NCBI GenBank assembly: GCA_964518635.1
Contig: CAZFGK010000005.1
Coordinates: forward strand, 1,679-65,678
Reading direction: 5' to 3'
Source: an uncultured Ignavibacteriales bacterium
GTDB taxonomy: Bacteria; Zixibacteria; MSB-5A5; GN15; FEB-12
DNA length: 64,000 nt
Both the position numbers and the translations under genes were made by a program. Positions within the stretch are counted from its first letter, which is position 1; every line of letters starts with the position of its first letter. Below are positions 1 through 9,502 of the stretch, one piece after another. The notes under the pieces were generated by a model, which had not been told where the DNA came from, ran no database searches, and saw only the letters and a list, made by a program, of their open reading frames with translations.

Positions 1-2
1 CT

Positions 3-851
3 ACACGGCCGGAGATTCTCGGTCGTCCCGGACATATCTTTCCACTCCTTGCTCACGAGCAAGGGCTTCTCGGACGTCCCGGCCATACAGAAGCAGCGGT
101 TGATCTTTGCCGCCTTGCAGGGAGGCAGCCGGTAGGGGTAGTCTGTGAGATAATGGCCGAGGATGGTAGCATGGCGCACGGAGAGAGACTTCGCGAGATC
201 GCGTCGACACACAATATGCCGCTGGTGACCATTCGAGAATTGATTGCGCATCTTCGCGCTGGGCAGGGGCTTGTCCACCGTACAGCAAGTGTTCGCTTTC
301 CGACGAAGTGGGGGAACTTTACGCTTCATGTCTACCACTCCGATCAGGATGGGAAAGATCATCTCGCGATTACGAAGGGGGACCTGTTGTCGGTTGATGC
401 CCCTCTGGTGCGGGTGCATTCGAGCTGTCTGACCGGCGATCTCTTTGGGTCCTGCCGTTGTGATTGCGGCGATCAACTTCATGCGGCGTTGACGCTGATC
501 GAGACGACCGGAGTCGGGGCAGTGATATACATGTTACAGGAGGGGCGCGGAATCGGACTCGCGAATAAGATTCTTGCCTATAAGTTGCAGGATGAAGGAC
601 GCGATACCGTTGAAGCAAATCAGGATCTTGGATTCGAAGCGGATCTTCGAAGTTATGAAATCAGTGCGGCGATCTTGCGTGACCTGGGGCTATCTCAGGT
701 ACGTCTCCTGACCAACAACCCGGCCAAAGTTAATGGACTGACGGAATCAGGAATCACGGTCGTTGAGCGAGTACCCTTGCAGGCTGAGGTCACCCCGTAC
801 AACGCACATTATCTTGATGTGAAAAGAGAGAAGCTCGGGCACAAATTATGA
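3..851 (+). CDS. ribBA: Bifunctional 3,4-dihydroxy-2-butanone-4-phosphate synthase / GTP cyclohydrolase II (RibBA), 5' end outside the window
   Basis: The ORF track starts at M153, but the same frame is open to the window edge. Nt 3-152 translate to TRPEILGRPGHIFPLLAHEQGLLGRPGHTEAAVDLCRLAGRQPVGVVCEI, which carries RibB motifs. The downstream half has GTP cyclohydrolase II motifs (VRVHSSCLTGDLFGSCRCDCG, QEGRGIGL). Confidence 0.9.
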   Translation, partial: TRPEILGRPGHIFPLLAHEQGLLGRPGHTEAAVDLCRLAGRQPVGVVCEIMAEDGSMAHGERLREIASTHNMPLVTIRELIAHLRAGQGLVHRTASVRFPTKWGNFTLHVYHSDQDGKDHLAITKGDLLSVDAPLVRVHSSCLTGDLFGSCRCDCGDQLHAALTLIETTGVGAVIYMLQEGRGIGLANKILAYKLQDEGRDTVEANQDLGFEADLRSYEISAAILRDLGLSQVRLLTNNPAKVNGLTESGITVVERVPLQAEVTPYNAHYLDVKREKLGHKL

Positions 852-1339
852 GCAGATTTCAGCCGTCAGAAAATCAGGAGAAGGGGCCTGCGAATGCGCG
901 AGTAGCAATTATACGCAGCAGATTTAATGAGTCGATCACATCATCCCTACAAGAGAGCTGCATCAGGGGGCTTCGTGAACGGGGAATGTCAGAGACCGCG
1001 ATAACATTGAGTACGGTTCCGGGTGCTTTCGAACTCCCTTTTGCAGCAAAGCAGCTGGCGCAGACCGGCCGATATGACGCAGTGATCTGTCTTGGTGCGG
1101 TGATACGTGGGGATACCCCTCATTTTGAGTATGTATCTGCTGCAGCGGCGGATGGAATTCTCAAAGCAGGGCTTGAGACCGGCGTTCCGGTCATTTTTGG
1201 GGTATTGACCGTTGATTCGATGGAACAGGCGATGGCTCGAGTGGGGGAGAATGCCTCAGCGGGTGATAAAGGTCGGGAAGCGGGCATGACAGCGGTTGAC
1301 ATGATCCTCTGGCGGAACGAGTTTGTCCCTCATGGGTGA
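848..1339 (+). CDS. ribH: 6,7-dimethyl-8-ribityllumazine synthase
   Basis: 163 aa. Motifs VPGAFELP, AVICLGAVIRGDTPHFEYV and VIFGVLT. ATGA overlap with the ribBA stop. Confidence 0.92.
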   Translation: MSRFQPSENQEKGPANARVAIIRSRFNESITSSLQESCIRGLRERGMSETAITLSTVPGAFELPFAAKQLAQTGRYDAVICLGAVIRGDTPHFEYVSAAAADGILKAGLETGVPVIFGVLTVDSMEQAMARVGENASAGDKGREAGMTAVDMILWRNEFVPHG

Positions 1340-1775
1340 TACACTACGACGGAAAGCACGGGAGGCCGCCCTCAAGGCACTCTATGCCAGCGAAGCGACA
1401 GGTTTGCCGCGGGAGGAGATCGTCAAGTCGATTATCGACACTGCCGAACTTCCGGAACGTCATGCGGAATTCGCTCAGGCACTTTTTTTCGCTGTTCGGG
1501 ATGATCTCGACTGGCTCGACACGACCATCGGTCGTTGCGCCCACAACTGGGCGGTTGAGCGACTTGCTTCGCTGGATCGGAATATTATACGTCTGGCGAT
1601 GGCGGAATTGCGTCATATGCCTGACACTCCCGAAAAAGTAGTCATCAACGAAGCACTAGAACTTGCCAAGCTGTATTCAACAGCTGATTCGTCGTCGTTT
1701 ATCAACGGCATACTTGACCGTTTCGTCCGAGAGGAGCTTACTCACAAACCAAGCCCTCGTATCGAACCGGTCTGA
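1332..1775 (+). CDS. nusB: Transcription antitermination factor NusB
   Basis: RRKAREAALKALY N-terminus and an INEALELAK..S..FINGILD C-terminal region. Conserved ribH-nusB synteny. I prefer ATG 1332 over the TTG at 1323 listed in the track. Confidence 0.85.
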   Translation: MGDTLRRKAREAALKALYASEATGLPREEIVKSIIDTAELPERHAEFAQALFFAVRDDLDWLDTTIGRCAHNWAVERLASLDRNIIRLAMAELRHMPDTPEKVVINEALELAKLYSTADSSSFINGILDRFVREELTHKPSPRIEPV

Positions 1776-1952
1776 GCCTCTTGCTTAGCCAGACTGGCAT
1801 TCTCCTCTCACTTTTCCTTACTGGACAGTTGGGCTCGAACTTGGTTTATTCTGCGCCTTCATGAACCATCTGCTCAATTTCTCTCATCGTTTCAATTTTC
1901 TCACTGATGGGGTGCTCTCGTATCTCTCCCTCTGCCCGGTATTCCTTCAGGC

Positions 1953-4889
1953 ATGAACGAACAACCATTGGTTTCTCGCTCTGGATGGTTCGGTTTTGGT
2001 CTTGTCGTCGGTCTATCGTTGTTGGTCTATGCCCTGACGATGGCACCGACTCTCTCGTTCTGGGATTGCGGCGAGTTTATTGCGACCGCATCAATCCTTG
2101 GAATCCCGCATCCGCCGGGCTCGCCACTGTATGTCTTCATTGGACGACTTTTTTCAATCCTTCCGATCGCATCCGATCCGGCAGTGCGGGTGAATCTTCT
2201 TTCGGCAGTCAGTTCTGCGATTGCCGCCGGATTTCTTTTTCTTTCGATTCTCGCCGTCACTCGTGACTGGGTCCTGACCGATTCAAAAAAAGCTGATCAG
2301 TCTATTCGCTTTCTGGCCGCAGCCACTGGTGCTCTACTTGCCGCCTTTGGACTCACCCAGTGGAATAATTCAGTAGAAGCGGAAGTCTATGGGCTCGCGA
2401 TGGCGATTCTCTTTGCGGTTCTTCTGTTGACCATTGGACTTCTGCAGACTCAGGATCAAGGTCTTAGATGGAAATATCTGATTCTTTCGATTTTCCTCTC
2501 GGTCCTTGGTGTCGCAGTGCATATGACCGTCGCTCTGATGCTGCCGATACTACTCATCGTTGGTTCGCTGCGATCTGATACTCCGAAGCAGGCCTATCAG
2601 GATCTTCTTCTATTAGTATTTTTTATTCTCTGCGCGCTGGTAGCATTTTCGTCGAAGGCAGGGGAACTTCCTCTCTGGCTGTTTGGGATTCCATTTGGAG
2701 TCTTGTCGATCCTTCTCTTGACCTATGCGGCGAAAGGAAGATGGTCGCCGATTTGTCGTATCTCGTCGTTCTTATCACTCGCACCGATTCTCATTTTGAT
2801 CGCTCCTGCACAGGCGCAATTTCTGGGACTCATCGGAATAGTCGGAGCGGTTGGGTCGATAGTTGTGACATTGATCTGGCAATTCACTGCTTCATCAGAT
2901 AAAGACCGCCCACCACGAGCATTGCTCACTGCTCACGTTGCGCTCGCAATTCTGCTTCTGATCCAGATATCCGGAGTCATCGGGATGGTGCCATTCATTG
3001 TCATCACTGCGTTGGCCGGACTACTATTCTTGTGGACCTATCGGGAATGTGTCTATTGGCAGGTGCTGGTCAGTCTCGCCGCCGCTGCGATGGTAGTGAC
3101 CGGGGTGGTACCATTCGGCATTGCACTTCTGGTTTCAGTGGCTGTTGCAATCGTCGCTGCGCTTATCAAGCTGCCGGGTTGGAAAGTGGCCCTCACTATT
3201 CCAGTGGTTGCAGCAATCGGTTTTTCTTTCCATCTGACCATTCCGATTCGTTCGGCCCAGCATCCATTAATCAACGAAAATGCTCCTTACCGATCAGTCA
3301 GAGCGACGATTGATTTTATCGAGCGGAAACAGTACGGCAGTGAGTCGATGCTCAAGCGGATGTTTGTCCGTCGTGCGGAATGGACCAACCAGTTTGGTCT
3401 GTTTCAGCGGATCGGACTCTATGGCTATTTGCAGGAGCAGTCGACTTCTCGGCAGTTTTTTGCGCCATTTCTTCTTTTTGTCGCGTTGTCAATCTGGGAA
3501 CTGATGCGCCGGAAACCGTCTCAGGGAGCGGTCTTTTCTATTCTGCTGCTGTTGGCAACCGTGGGGCTTGTCCTCTACATGAACTTTGCAGATGGGACTC
3601 GTATCGATCCTCGCACCGGGGAGGATTATCTCGAAGTTCGGGAGCGGGATTATTTCTTTACACCGGGGTTCATGCTCTTTGGTGCAATGGTTGGAATTGG
3701 GATACTCTCATTTTTGTCACTTTTCCGTACTCTTGGTGTCAGCGTTCGACCGGTGATTGGTCTGATTTTTTCTTCTCTTTGTCTTGCCGCGCTTCCTGCT
3801 GGTGCGATTGCCTCAAACTGGTCGCAGGCCGACCGAAGCAGGGTGTATATCCCCTATGACTATGCTCGTGCATTACTCGATTCGGTCGAACCAAATGGAG
3901 TGCTTGTTACTGCCGGAGACAACGACACCTTTCCACTCTGGTGTCTGCAACACACCTACAAACATCGTCTGGATGTGCGCGTAGTCAATACTTCACTCGC
4001 CAACCTTGACTGGTATATCTCGCAGTTGCAGGACTACTATGATTTGCCACTCGGTCTGTCAGACGAAGATTTCAGCGCTTTGCGCCCGTTTCGTTCTGAA
4101 GATGGACGAGTCTTTATGGTCTCTGATCAGATAGTGAACGCGATAATCACCCGTTATGTCGACAGTCTACCGATTTATTTTGCGACAACAGTCGGAGCTG
4201 ATCAGCGTGCGTATGACGGACGGAATGTCGATTCGCTGCTCGTGCTTGAAGGGGCGGCGCTGCGTTATGATCCAATGAATCGCATCGGAATGACGGTCAA
4301 TGTCGAAAAATCAGTCCATCTCTTTCTGGATTCATCCGGTTTCAATTATCGTGGCTATGCTGATCCGACAATTCGAAAAGATGCAGCGACTTTATTTGCC
4401 CTGAGCAACATCACCAATGCGGTGGAAGTCACTGCCGAGACCGTACGCGCACGCGGGGATGTGACAACCGCCGAACGACTAGCACGCCTTGCGGTCGATA
4501 GTTTTCCTCGCAGCCGTACGGCAATCGAGCTGCTTGTCTCACTCTTGATGGAGCAAGGGAAGCAGTCTGAAGCGGATTCCCTTTTGCAGCTCAATCGGGA
4601 TATCGATATCAGACGAGTTGCGATGAGTTCAGTGGCGGTCCTGCGTCAACGAGGAGATGTAGAGGGGACAGTCGCACGCCTTCGCTCGATTTTGGATCAG
4701 AGTAACGACTATCGACCGGCGCTTGATGAACTGATGCGAACACATCTTGCGACCAACAATTTTCGTGGAATGCTTGCTGATCTTCAGCAATGGGTGACAC
4801 GTAACCCCAACGACTCTGATATTGCCCGTGCCTACCAGATGCTTCTCTCCGACAGCACGGTATTCACCCGGGCGAGGAGCGGCCAGTAG
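1953..4889 (+). CDS. DUF2723 (TMEM260-like) polytopic membrane glycosyltransferase-like protein with a C-terminal TPR-like region
   Basis: 978 aa. N-terminal FWDCGEFIATASILGIPHPPGSPLY is the DUF2723 hallmark. More than 10 hydrophobic segments, then a soluble helical tail. Confidence 0.8.
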   Translation: MNEQPLVSRSGWFGFGLVVGLSLLVYALTMAPTLSFWDCGEFIATASILGIPHPPGSPLYVFIGRLFSILPIASDPAVRVNLLSAVSSAIAAGFLFLSILAVTRDWVLTDSKKADQSIRFLAAATGALLAAFGLTQWNNSVEAEVYGLAMAILFAVLLLTIGLLQTQDQGLRWKYLILSIFLSVLGVAVHMTVALMLPILLIVGSLRSDTPKQAYQDLLLLVFFILCALVAFSSKAGELPLWLFGIPFGVLSILLLTYAAKGRWSPICRISSFLSLAPILILIAPAQAQFLGLIGIVGAVGSIVVTLIWQFTASSDKDRPPRALLTAHVALAILLLIQISGVIGMVPFIVITALAGLLFLWTYRECVYWQVLVSLAAAAMVVTGVVPFGIALLVSVAVAIVAALIKLPGWKVALTIPVVAAIGFSFHLTIPIRSAQHPLINENAPYRSVRATIDFIERKQYGSESMLKRMFVRRAEWTNQFGLFQRIGLYGYLQEQSTSRQFFAPFLLFVALSIWELMRRKPSQGAVFSILLLLATVGLVLYMNFADGTRIDPRTGEDYLEVRERDYFFTPGFMLFGAMVGIGILSFLSLFRTLGVSVRPVIGLIFSSLCLAALPAGAIASNWSQADRSRVYIPYDYARALLDSVEPNGVLVTAGDNDTFPLWCLQHTYKHRLDVRVVNTSLANLDWYISQLQDYYDLPLGLSDEDFSALRPFRSEDGRVFMVSDQIVNAIITRYVDSLPIYFATTVGADQRAYDGRNVDSLLVLEGAALRYDPMNRIGMTVNVEKSVHLFLDSSGFNYRGYADPTIRKDAATLFALSNITNAVEVTAETVRARGDVTTAERLARLAVDSFPRSRTAIELLVSLLMEQGKQSEADSLLQLNRDIDIRRVAMSSVAVLRQRGDVEGTVARLRSILDQSNDYRPALDELMRTHLATNNFRGMLADLQQWVTRNPNDSDIARAYQMLLSDSTVFTRARSGQ

Positions 4890-4893
4890 CAGC

Positions 4894-6015
4894 ATGAACA
4901 TTCTGGCGCTTAACTGGAATGATCTGAAGAATCCGTTCGGCGGTGGGGCAGAGGTCCACTTCGAAGAGCTCCTTCGACGTCTGGTGAAAATGGGTCACAA
5001 GGTCACGCTGGTCTGTTCTGCATGGCCGGGGGCAAGCGAAGATGAAATCGTTCAGGGTGTTCGAATACGCCGCGTAGGATCACGACAGTCATTCAATTTT
5101 GTCGTTCCATCGCTGCTCAAACAGCTAGCTAAAGAAGAGCAATTTGATCTTCTGATAGAAGACATTAACAAGATTCCGTTTTACACACCGTGCTATTTGA
5201 AATTACCGACACTGGTAGTGATCCCTCATCTTTTTGCGACGACAGTCTTTCAGGAGGTCAATCCGGTTCTTGCCAGCTATGTCTACCTTGCTGAAATGCC
5301 GATGATCTCTGTCTATAAGCGATTTCTGTTTAATGTTATCTCCGAGTCAACCGCTGATGAGATCGTCGCTCGTGGTGTTCCGGCAAATCAGGTGAGTGTG
5401 ATTCATTGTGGTATCGACCGGGGGACGTATTCGTACGATCCATTGATACAAAAATTCACTGAGCCAACCGTGCTTTATCTTGGGCGCATCAAGAAATACA
5501 AATCCATTCAGCATCTCATAGCCGCCTGTGCACTGCTTCGGAAAGAGATTCCAGATATTCGATTGGTGATTGTAGGTGATGGAGATTATACCCCGACTCT
5601 CAAGAAGCAGGTCGCAGACTTGCAACTGGAGAAGCAGGTACATTTCACAGGATACGTTTCCAAAGAGGTAAAAGTCGACTATCTGCGCCGATCGCATGTC
5701 GCCGTCCTTCCGTCTATCAAAGAAGGGTGGGGGCTGACCAATATCGAAGCAAATGCAGTCGGAACGGTCGCCATCGCGGCAAACTCCCCCGGGTTGCGTG
5801 ATTCGGTCAAAGATGGACACTCGGGATTACTCTATCCGTACGGTGACATTCAGGCCCTCGCGGAGAAACTGAAGTTGGTATTGACCAATGATATTGAGCG
5901 AGTGCGTCTTGAATCCGGAGCACGTGAGTGGGCGAATCGATTCGACTGGGATCGAGCGGCAGAGCAATTTGCCGCGCTTCTTCCGCAGGTAGTTGCGCGC
6001 GGGGCACGCCCATGA
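4894..6015 (+). CDS. Glycosyltransferase family 4 (GT-B)
   Basis: MNILALNW...FGGGAEVHFEEL N-terminus and a C-terminal EGWGLTNIEANAVGTVAIA motif (E-x7-E type). I chose ATG 4894 because the track start at 4822 overlaps the upstream gene. Confidence 0.85.
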   Translation: MNILALNWNDLKNPFGGGAEVHFEELLRRLVKMGHKVTLVCSAWPGASEDEIVQGVRIRRVGSRQSFNFVVPSLLKQLAKEEQFDLLIEDINKIPFYTPCYLKLPTLVVIPHLFATTVFQEVNPVLASYVYLAEMPMISVYKRFLFNVISESTADEIVARGVPANQVSVIHCGIDRGTYSYDPLIQKFTEPTVLYLGRIKKYKSIQHLIAACALLRKEIPDIRLVIVGDGDYTPTLKKQVADLQLEKQVHFTGYVSKEVKVDYLRRSHVAVLPSIKEGWGLTNIEANAVGTVAIAANSPGLRDSVKDGHSGLLYPYGDIQALAEKLKLVLTNDIERVRLESGAREWANRFDWDRAAEQFAALLPQVVARGARP

Positions 6016-7016
6016 ACAAACGGACGTTGTCGATTGTCATCGGGATTGTCGTTTCGATTTTACTGATCTGGTTGCTTATTCGAGGGATTGATTTCGATAA
6101 AATGAGCGCGGCTTTGGCCTCAGCAGATTATCGCTGGCTGATTCCGAATATGCTGCTGATTATTTTTTCCATGTTTCTGCGAGCCTGGCGATGGCGGTAT
6201 ATGCTTGATCCTATTGCACGAGTTGCTTACAGGCCACTTCTCTCAGCGACCAGTATTGGCTTCATGGCAAATAACCTCCTGCCACTTCGTCTCGGCGAAT
6301 TCGCTCGTGCCTATTCACTTTCGTTTCAGGAACCGAGAGTCAGCAAGTCAGCGACATTGGCGACTGTCTTCGTTGAGCGCATGGTCTTCGATCTTGTGGC
6401 TTTGTTGGTCATCTTTGAATTCGTTGCGCTGACTGCGCACTCGGCAGTGGATGATCGCCTTCAATTTGGCGCGCTTCTGGCTGGAGGGGTCGCACTGACT
6501 GGGCTTCTCTTTGTCATTCTGCTTTCTCTCAATCCCGGACGAGCAGGGGAGATGATCGGCAAATATGTCCCGTTTGCATCTGACAAGATTCGCGCAACGG
6601 TGGCGGAGACGATCAGCAAGTTTTCTCGCGGAGTCGAGTTTATGCGTGATCCCAGAAAACTCCTGCCGGTTATTTTCTATACAGTCATTATCTGGATCAT
6701 CATGGGAGTATCAAACTACTTTGTCTTCATCGCTTTTGGCTTTGATCTGCCGCTGACTGCTTCATTTGTGCTACTGGTAATGGTCTCGATCTCGATTCTG
6801 ATTCCATCCTCACCGGGGTTTGTCGGGGTCTATCATGCGGCGGCTGCATACACGCTCAGCTTGTACAATATCCCCGCTGAAAACGCACTTTCATTTTCGG
6901 TGATTCTCCATCTGGCTCAGTATATCCCGATTACGTTGCTTGGACTCTACTTCCTGCGGTCGCAACATCTTTCCCTCTCGGCCCTTCGCAAAGAAGCCGA
7001 GCAGGGGGCTTCATAG
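6012..7016 (+). CDS. UPF0104 / lysylphosphatidylglycerol-synthase-TM-like (flippase-like) membrane protein
   Basis: About 334 aa and multi-TM. The N-terminus MNKRTLSIVIGIVVSILLIWLLIRGIDFDKM is typical of the family. ATGA overlap with the GT4 stop. Confidence 0.75.
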   Translation: MNKRTLSIVIGIVVSILLIWLLIRGIDFDKMSAALASADYRWLIPNMLLIIFSMFLRAWRWRYMLDPIARVAYRPLLSATSIGFMANNLLPLRLGEFARAYSLSFQEPRVSKSATLATVFVERMVFDLVALLVIFEFVALTAHSAVDDRLQFGALLAGGVALTGLLFVILLSLNPGRAGEMIGKYVPFASDKIRATVAETISKFSRGVEFMRDPRKLLPVIFYTVIIWIIMGVSNYFVFIAFGFDLPLTASFVLLVMVSISILIPSSPGFVGVYHAAAAYTLSLYNIPAENALSFSVILHLAQYIPITLLGLYFLRSQHLSLSALRKEAEQGAS

Positions 7017-7076
7017 TCTCGCGCTGTCGTTTTGTTCAAACTTGATTGATCGACCCAACGAGGGTAGAGTCAATCC

Positions 7077-7610
7077 ATGCTTCGATGGTTTCTCGTACTC
7101 GCTCTCTTTGGTTTGGCTGGATTGATTCTGTATTATCAGTCAAGCCAGCGATCTGACGCCCAAAAGGCGGCCTATCAGACTGGGTATGTGAAGGGATCGG
7201 ACGAGCAGCGACCACACGTACTCGCTGCGGATAGTCTCCGGGATTCGCTTGCAAAACTGGAATCGGAGAAACGGCAGCGGGACACCGCGTATCGCAATCT
7301 CCTCGAGGTGAATGACTCCCTTGAAGCACTGGCGAATTCTCAGTCGACCAAGATCGATGATCTATCCAAGTCAGTTCGACTCGCGGCGACAACCTCAAAA
7401 GGGACGGGAAAACCTGCCATTGCCAAGCCGGTGACATCTCATTCACAGGCATTGGCTTACTACAAGAAGCGGTACGAGTCTCTTCCGGGAGACCTGACCA
7501 GCTATGAGCGTCAGGTTGCAGTTCGTGAAATACGACTGGAGACCGCCAACAAATTCTCTTTGTCGCTCAGCGAATTCGAAGAGCTCAGAACCGCCGAAAA
7601 GCTCCCCTAA
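7077..7610 (+). CDS. Hypothetical membrane-anchored coiled-coil protein
   Basis: 177 aa. N-terminal TM segment (WFLVLALFGLAGLILYY) followed by charged helical sequence. I recognise no family. Confidence 0.5.
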   Translation: MLRWFLVLALFGLAGLILYYQSSQRSDAQKAAYQTGYVKGSDEQRPHVLAADSLRDSLAKLESEKRQRDTAYRNLLEVNDSLEALANSQSTKIDDLSKSVRLAATTSKGTGKPAIAKPVTSHSQALAYYKKRYESLPGDLTSYERQVAVREIRLETANKFSLSLSEFEELRTAEKLP

Positions 7611-7861
7611 ACTCCCTTCCATTAATTCTCTGTGTTTTGCGTCGCAGTTCCTGCGGAATGATGGCATTAAAGATCGCATTCCCAGATATTTCCTCTGCGT
7701 TCAACTGACAACAATCGTCACATCCTCTAGGCATCAATGTTGAACGACTGGCATCCGAGACGATATGACCGGGTCATGGAGCGCTCAAAGATCGCCGACT
7801 CGGTTATCTGAGACAGATTGATAGCGTGTGTGAATACGGCCTTTGGCGAAAGGAGTTTTCT

Positions 7862-8029
7862 ATGCCACGGTTCTCGTTCAAAGCGACGACACGAATCAAG
7901 GAAAAGGATGCCTGGCATCTGTACGGGCTTCAGCAGCTCGCACCTCAGAAATTTGCACAGATTGTGAATCGTATTCTGAATGGGCGAGATCTGGTGATCA
8001 ACCCCAAGACGAAAGGGAACATCGCCTGA
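7862..8029 (+). CDS. Small basic hypothetical protein (55 aa)
   Basis: ATG 7862 lies 6 nt after a consensus AGGAG (7851-7855). A perfect 12-bp hairpin follows the gene. No family recognised. Confidence 0.45.
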   Translation: MPRFSFKATTRIKEKDAWHLYGLQQLAPQKFAQIVNRILNGRDLVINPKTKGNIA

Positions 8030-8060
8030 TTCCTTCGTTCAATTGACCTGATCAATGTAG

Positions 8061-8090
8061 AGACCTGATTTCTGGTTGGAAATCAGGTCT
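8061..8090 (+). terminator. Perfect 12-bp stem-loop downstream of the small ORF (terminator-like, no U-tract)
   Basis: agacctgatttc / tggttg / gaaatcaggtct. The following sequence, atcgacg, is not T-rich. Confidence 0.4.
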
Positions 8091-8212
8091 ATCGACGACC
8101 TTTCTTGTTCCTCCCTTTGGTGGCGTGTCATCCCCACGATGATACGCCACTTCCTTTTCTGTGCTTGACTTCGGAGGTCTCGCCGGAGACTTTTGCGGGC
8201 CAGAACAGCACT

Positions 8213-8938
8213 ATGGAACAGACTCCACCATTTTTCTATGCCCTGATTCTCTTTCTGCTCACTATCGTGAGTGGGCTCGTCGCTCTCTTTCGATCATGGG
8301 GGGAGGAGTTGCTTCATGCCTTCATTGCCCTTGGGGCGGGGCTGTTTCTGGGGGCGGTTTTTCTGCATCTCCTGCCGGAAGCGATGTCGAACGGGTACGA
8401 AGAACGAGTCGGAGTCTGGGTCCTTGCCGGATTTCTCCTCGTTCTTTTTGCTGAGAGAATCGTGGCGGCACGTTTTGGCGCCGAGCATAGCCATGTGGTG
8501 GTCTCTCTTTCCGCTCTGGTCGGGCTCTCCTTTCACTCGATTCTGGACGGCCTGAGTCTGGTCGCGGCTGGCCCTTTGTCGCTGGTCAGTGCCGTGGGGA
8601 TTTCGATGATCTACCACAAGCTGATCGATTCCTTTGCGCTCGGCTCACTTCTGGCCCTTGGTTCATTCAAGCCGCGGAGCCGTCAGCTGATCGTCGTTCT
8701 TTTCGCCGCTCTGACTCCGATCACCCTCCTTTTCGCCTCGACATTTCTTTCACATCTGCCAGAGATCGCCACTAAAAGCATGCAGGCACTGGCGGCTGGA
8801 ACTTTTCTCTATATTGGAACGTGTCAGCTTCTGCCGGAAGCATTTCATACCCGCCAGAATCGGCTGAGAAACCTTCTGATTCTGGTCGCTGGGATGGGGA
8901 TTGTCTGGCTGCTGCATCAGCTCGGACATGAGCATTAG
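8213..8938 (+). CDS. ZIP family divalent metal transporter (ZupT/GufA-like)
   Basis: Motifs HLLPEAM, HSILDGLSL, HKLIDSFALG and FLYIGTCQLLPEAF. The start is uncertain: ATG 8213 has no clear SD, and the track ORF begins at 8105. Confidence 0.8.
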   Translation: MEQTPPFFYALILFLLTIVSGLVALFRSWGEELLHAFIALGAGLFLGAVFLHLLPEAMSNGYEERVGVWVLAGFLLVLFAERIVAARFGAEHSHVVVSLSALVGLSFHSILDGLSLVAAGPLSLVSAVGISMIYHKLIDSFALGSLLALGSFKPRSRQLIVVLFAALTPITLLFASTFLSHLPEIATKSMQALAAGTFLYIGTCQLLPEAFHTRQNRLRNLLILVAGMGIVWLLHQLGHEH

Positions 8939-8986
8939 GCAGCGAACCATTTGACTGAACGCCTGTAAAGGAGTGCGTCACATCTG

Positions 8987-9502
8987 ATGATCAAAGAGAT
9001 TGTCCTGCTTTTGGTTACATCGTCCGTGCTCGGTCTGGGTGTGAATCTTTTCTCTCCCAACAAGATCCCCTATGTCGGGACCTATCGAGAATTGTCCTCC
9101 GGGGATGGGCCGATTGTACCCCCATCGGCGATGGAGGGGGATCCGCCGTTCATCGACATCAATACTGCCAACATGGAGTTTTCGACAAGGACGGCTATTT
9201 TCATCGATGCCCGTGACAGCACGGAGTTTATCTGCGGGACAATTCCTGGCTCGATCTCGATACCATTCGAACAAATGCCGGAAGAACAGGAAGCCGCTTT
9301 CATTGCAGAGCGTCTTGCGGGTCTGGCAAAGGATCAGCGATTGATCACGTTTTGTTCCGGTGAAGAATGCGACCTATCGCTGCATCTCGCCAGGTTCATG
9401 AAAGCTGAGGGGTACACAAACGTTGAGATATTCTTTGGCGGGGCCAGCGAATGGAAGAAGTTTGAGATGGAGCTCGAATCGAGGCAGAAGTGCGATCAGT
9501 AA
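8987..9502 (+). CDS. Rhodanese-like domain protein with an N-terminal membrane anchor
   Basis: 171 aa. N-terminal TM segment. Rhodanese fold motifs IDARDSTEF..G.IPGSISIP and an active-site-position loop ITFCSGEECDLS. Confidence 0.8.
   Translation: MIKEIVLLLVTSSVLGLGVNLFSPNKIPYVGTYRELSSGDGPIVPPSAMEGDPPFIDINTANMEFSTRTAIFIDARDSTEFICGTIPGSISIPFEQMPEEQEAAFIAERLAGLAKDQRLITFCSGEECDLSLHLARFMKAEGYTNVEIFFGGASEWKKFEMELESRQKCDQ

Noticed and set aside
1-288. 95-aa minus-strand ORF at the window start
   Set aside because: It lies antisense to the ribBA reading frame, which shows clear RibB motifs over the same bases. The ORF itself has no coding signature.
3380-3859. 159-aa alternative-frame ORF inside the DUF2723 gene
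   Set aside because: It is on the same strand in a different frame. The DUF2723 frame gives coherent TM helices across the region, while the alternative frame gives Cys/Trp-rich nonsense.
7611-7861. 250-nt non-coding region containing a ctgaga motif, checked as a possible TPP or other riboswitch
   Set aside because: Only the short CTGAGA match is present. The flanking conserved helices and the ACCTGATCTGGATAATGCCAGCG-type core are absent.
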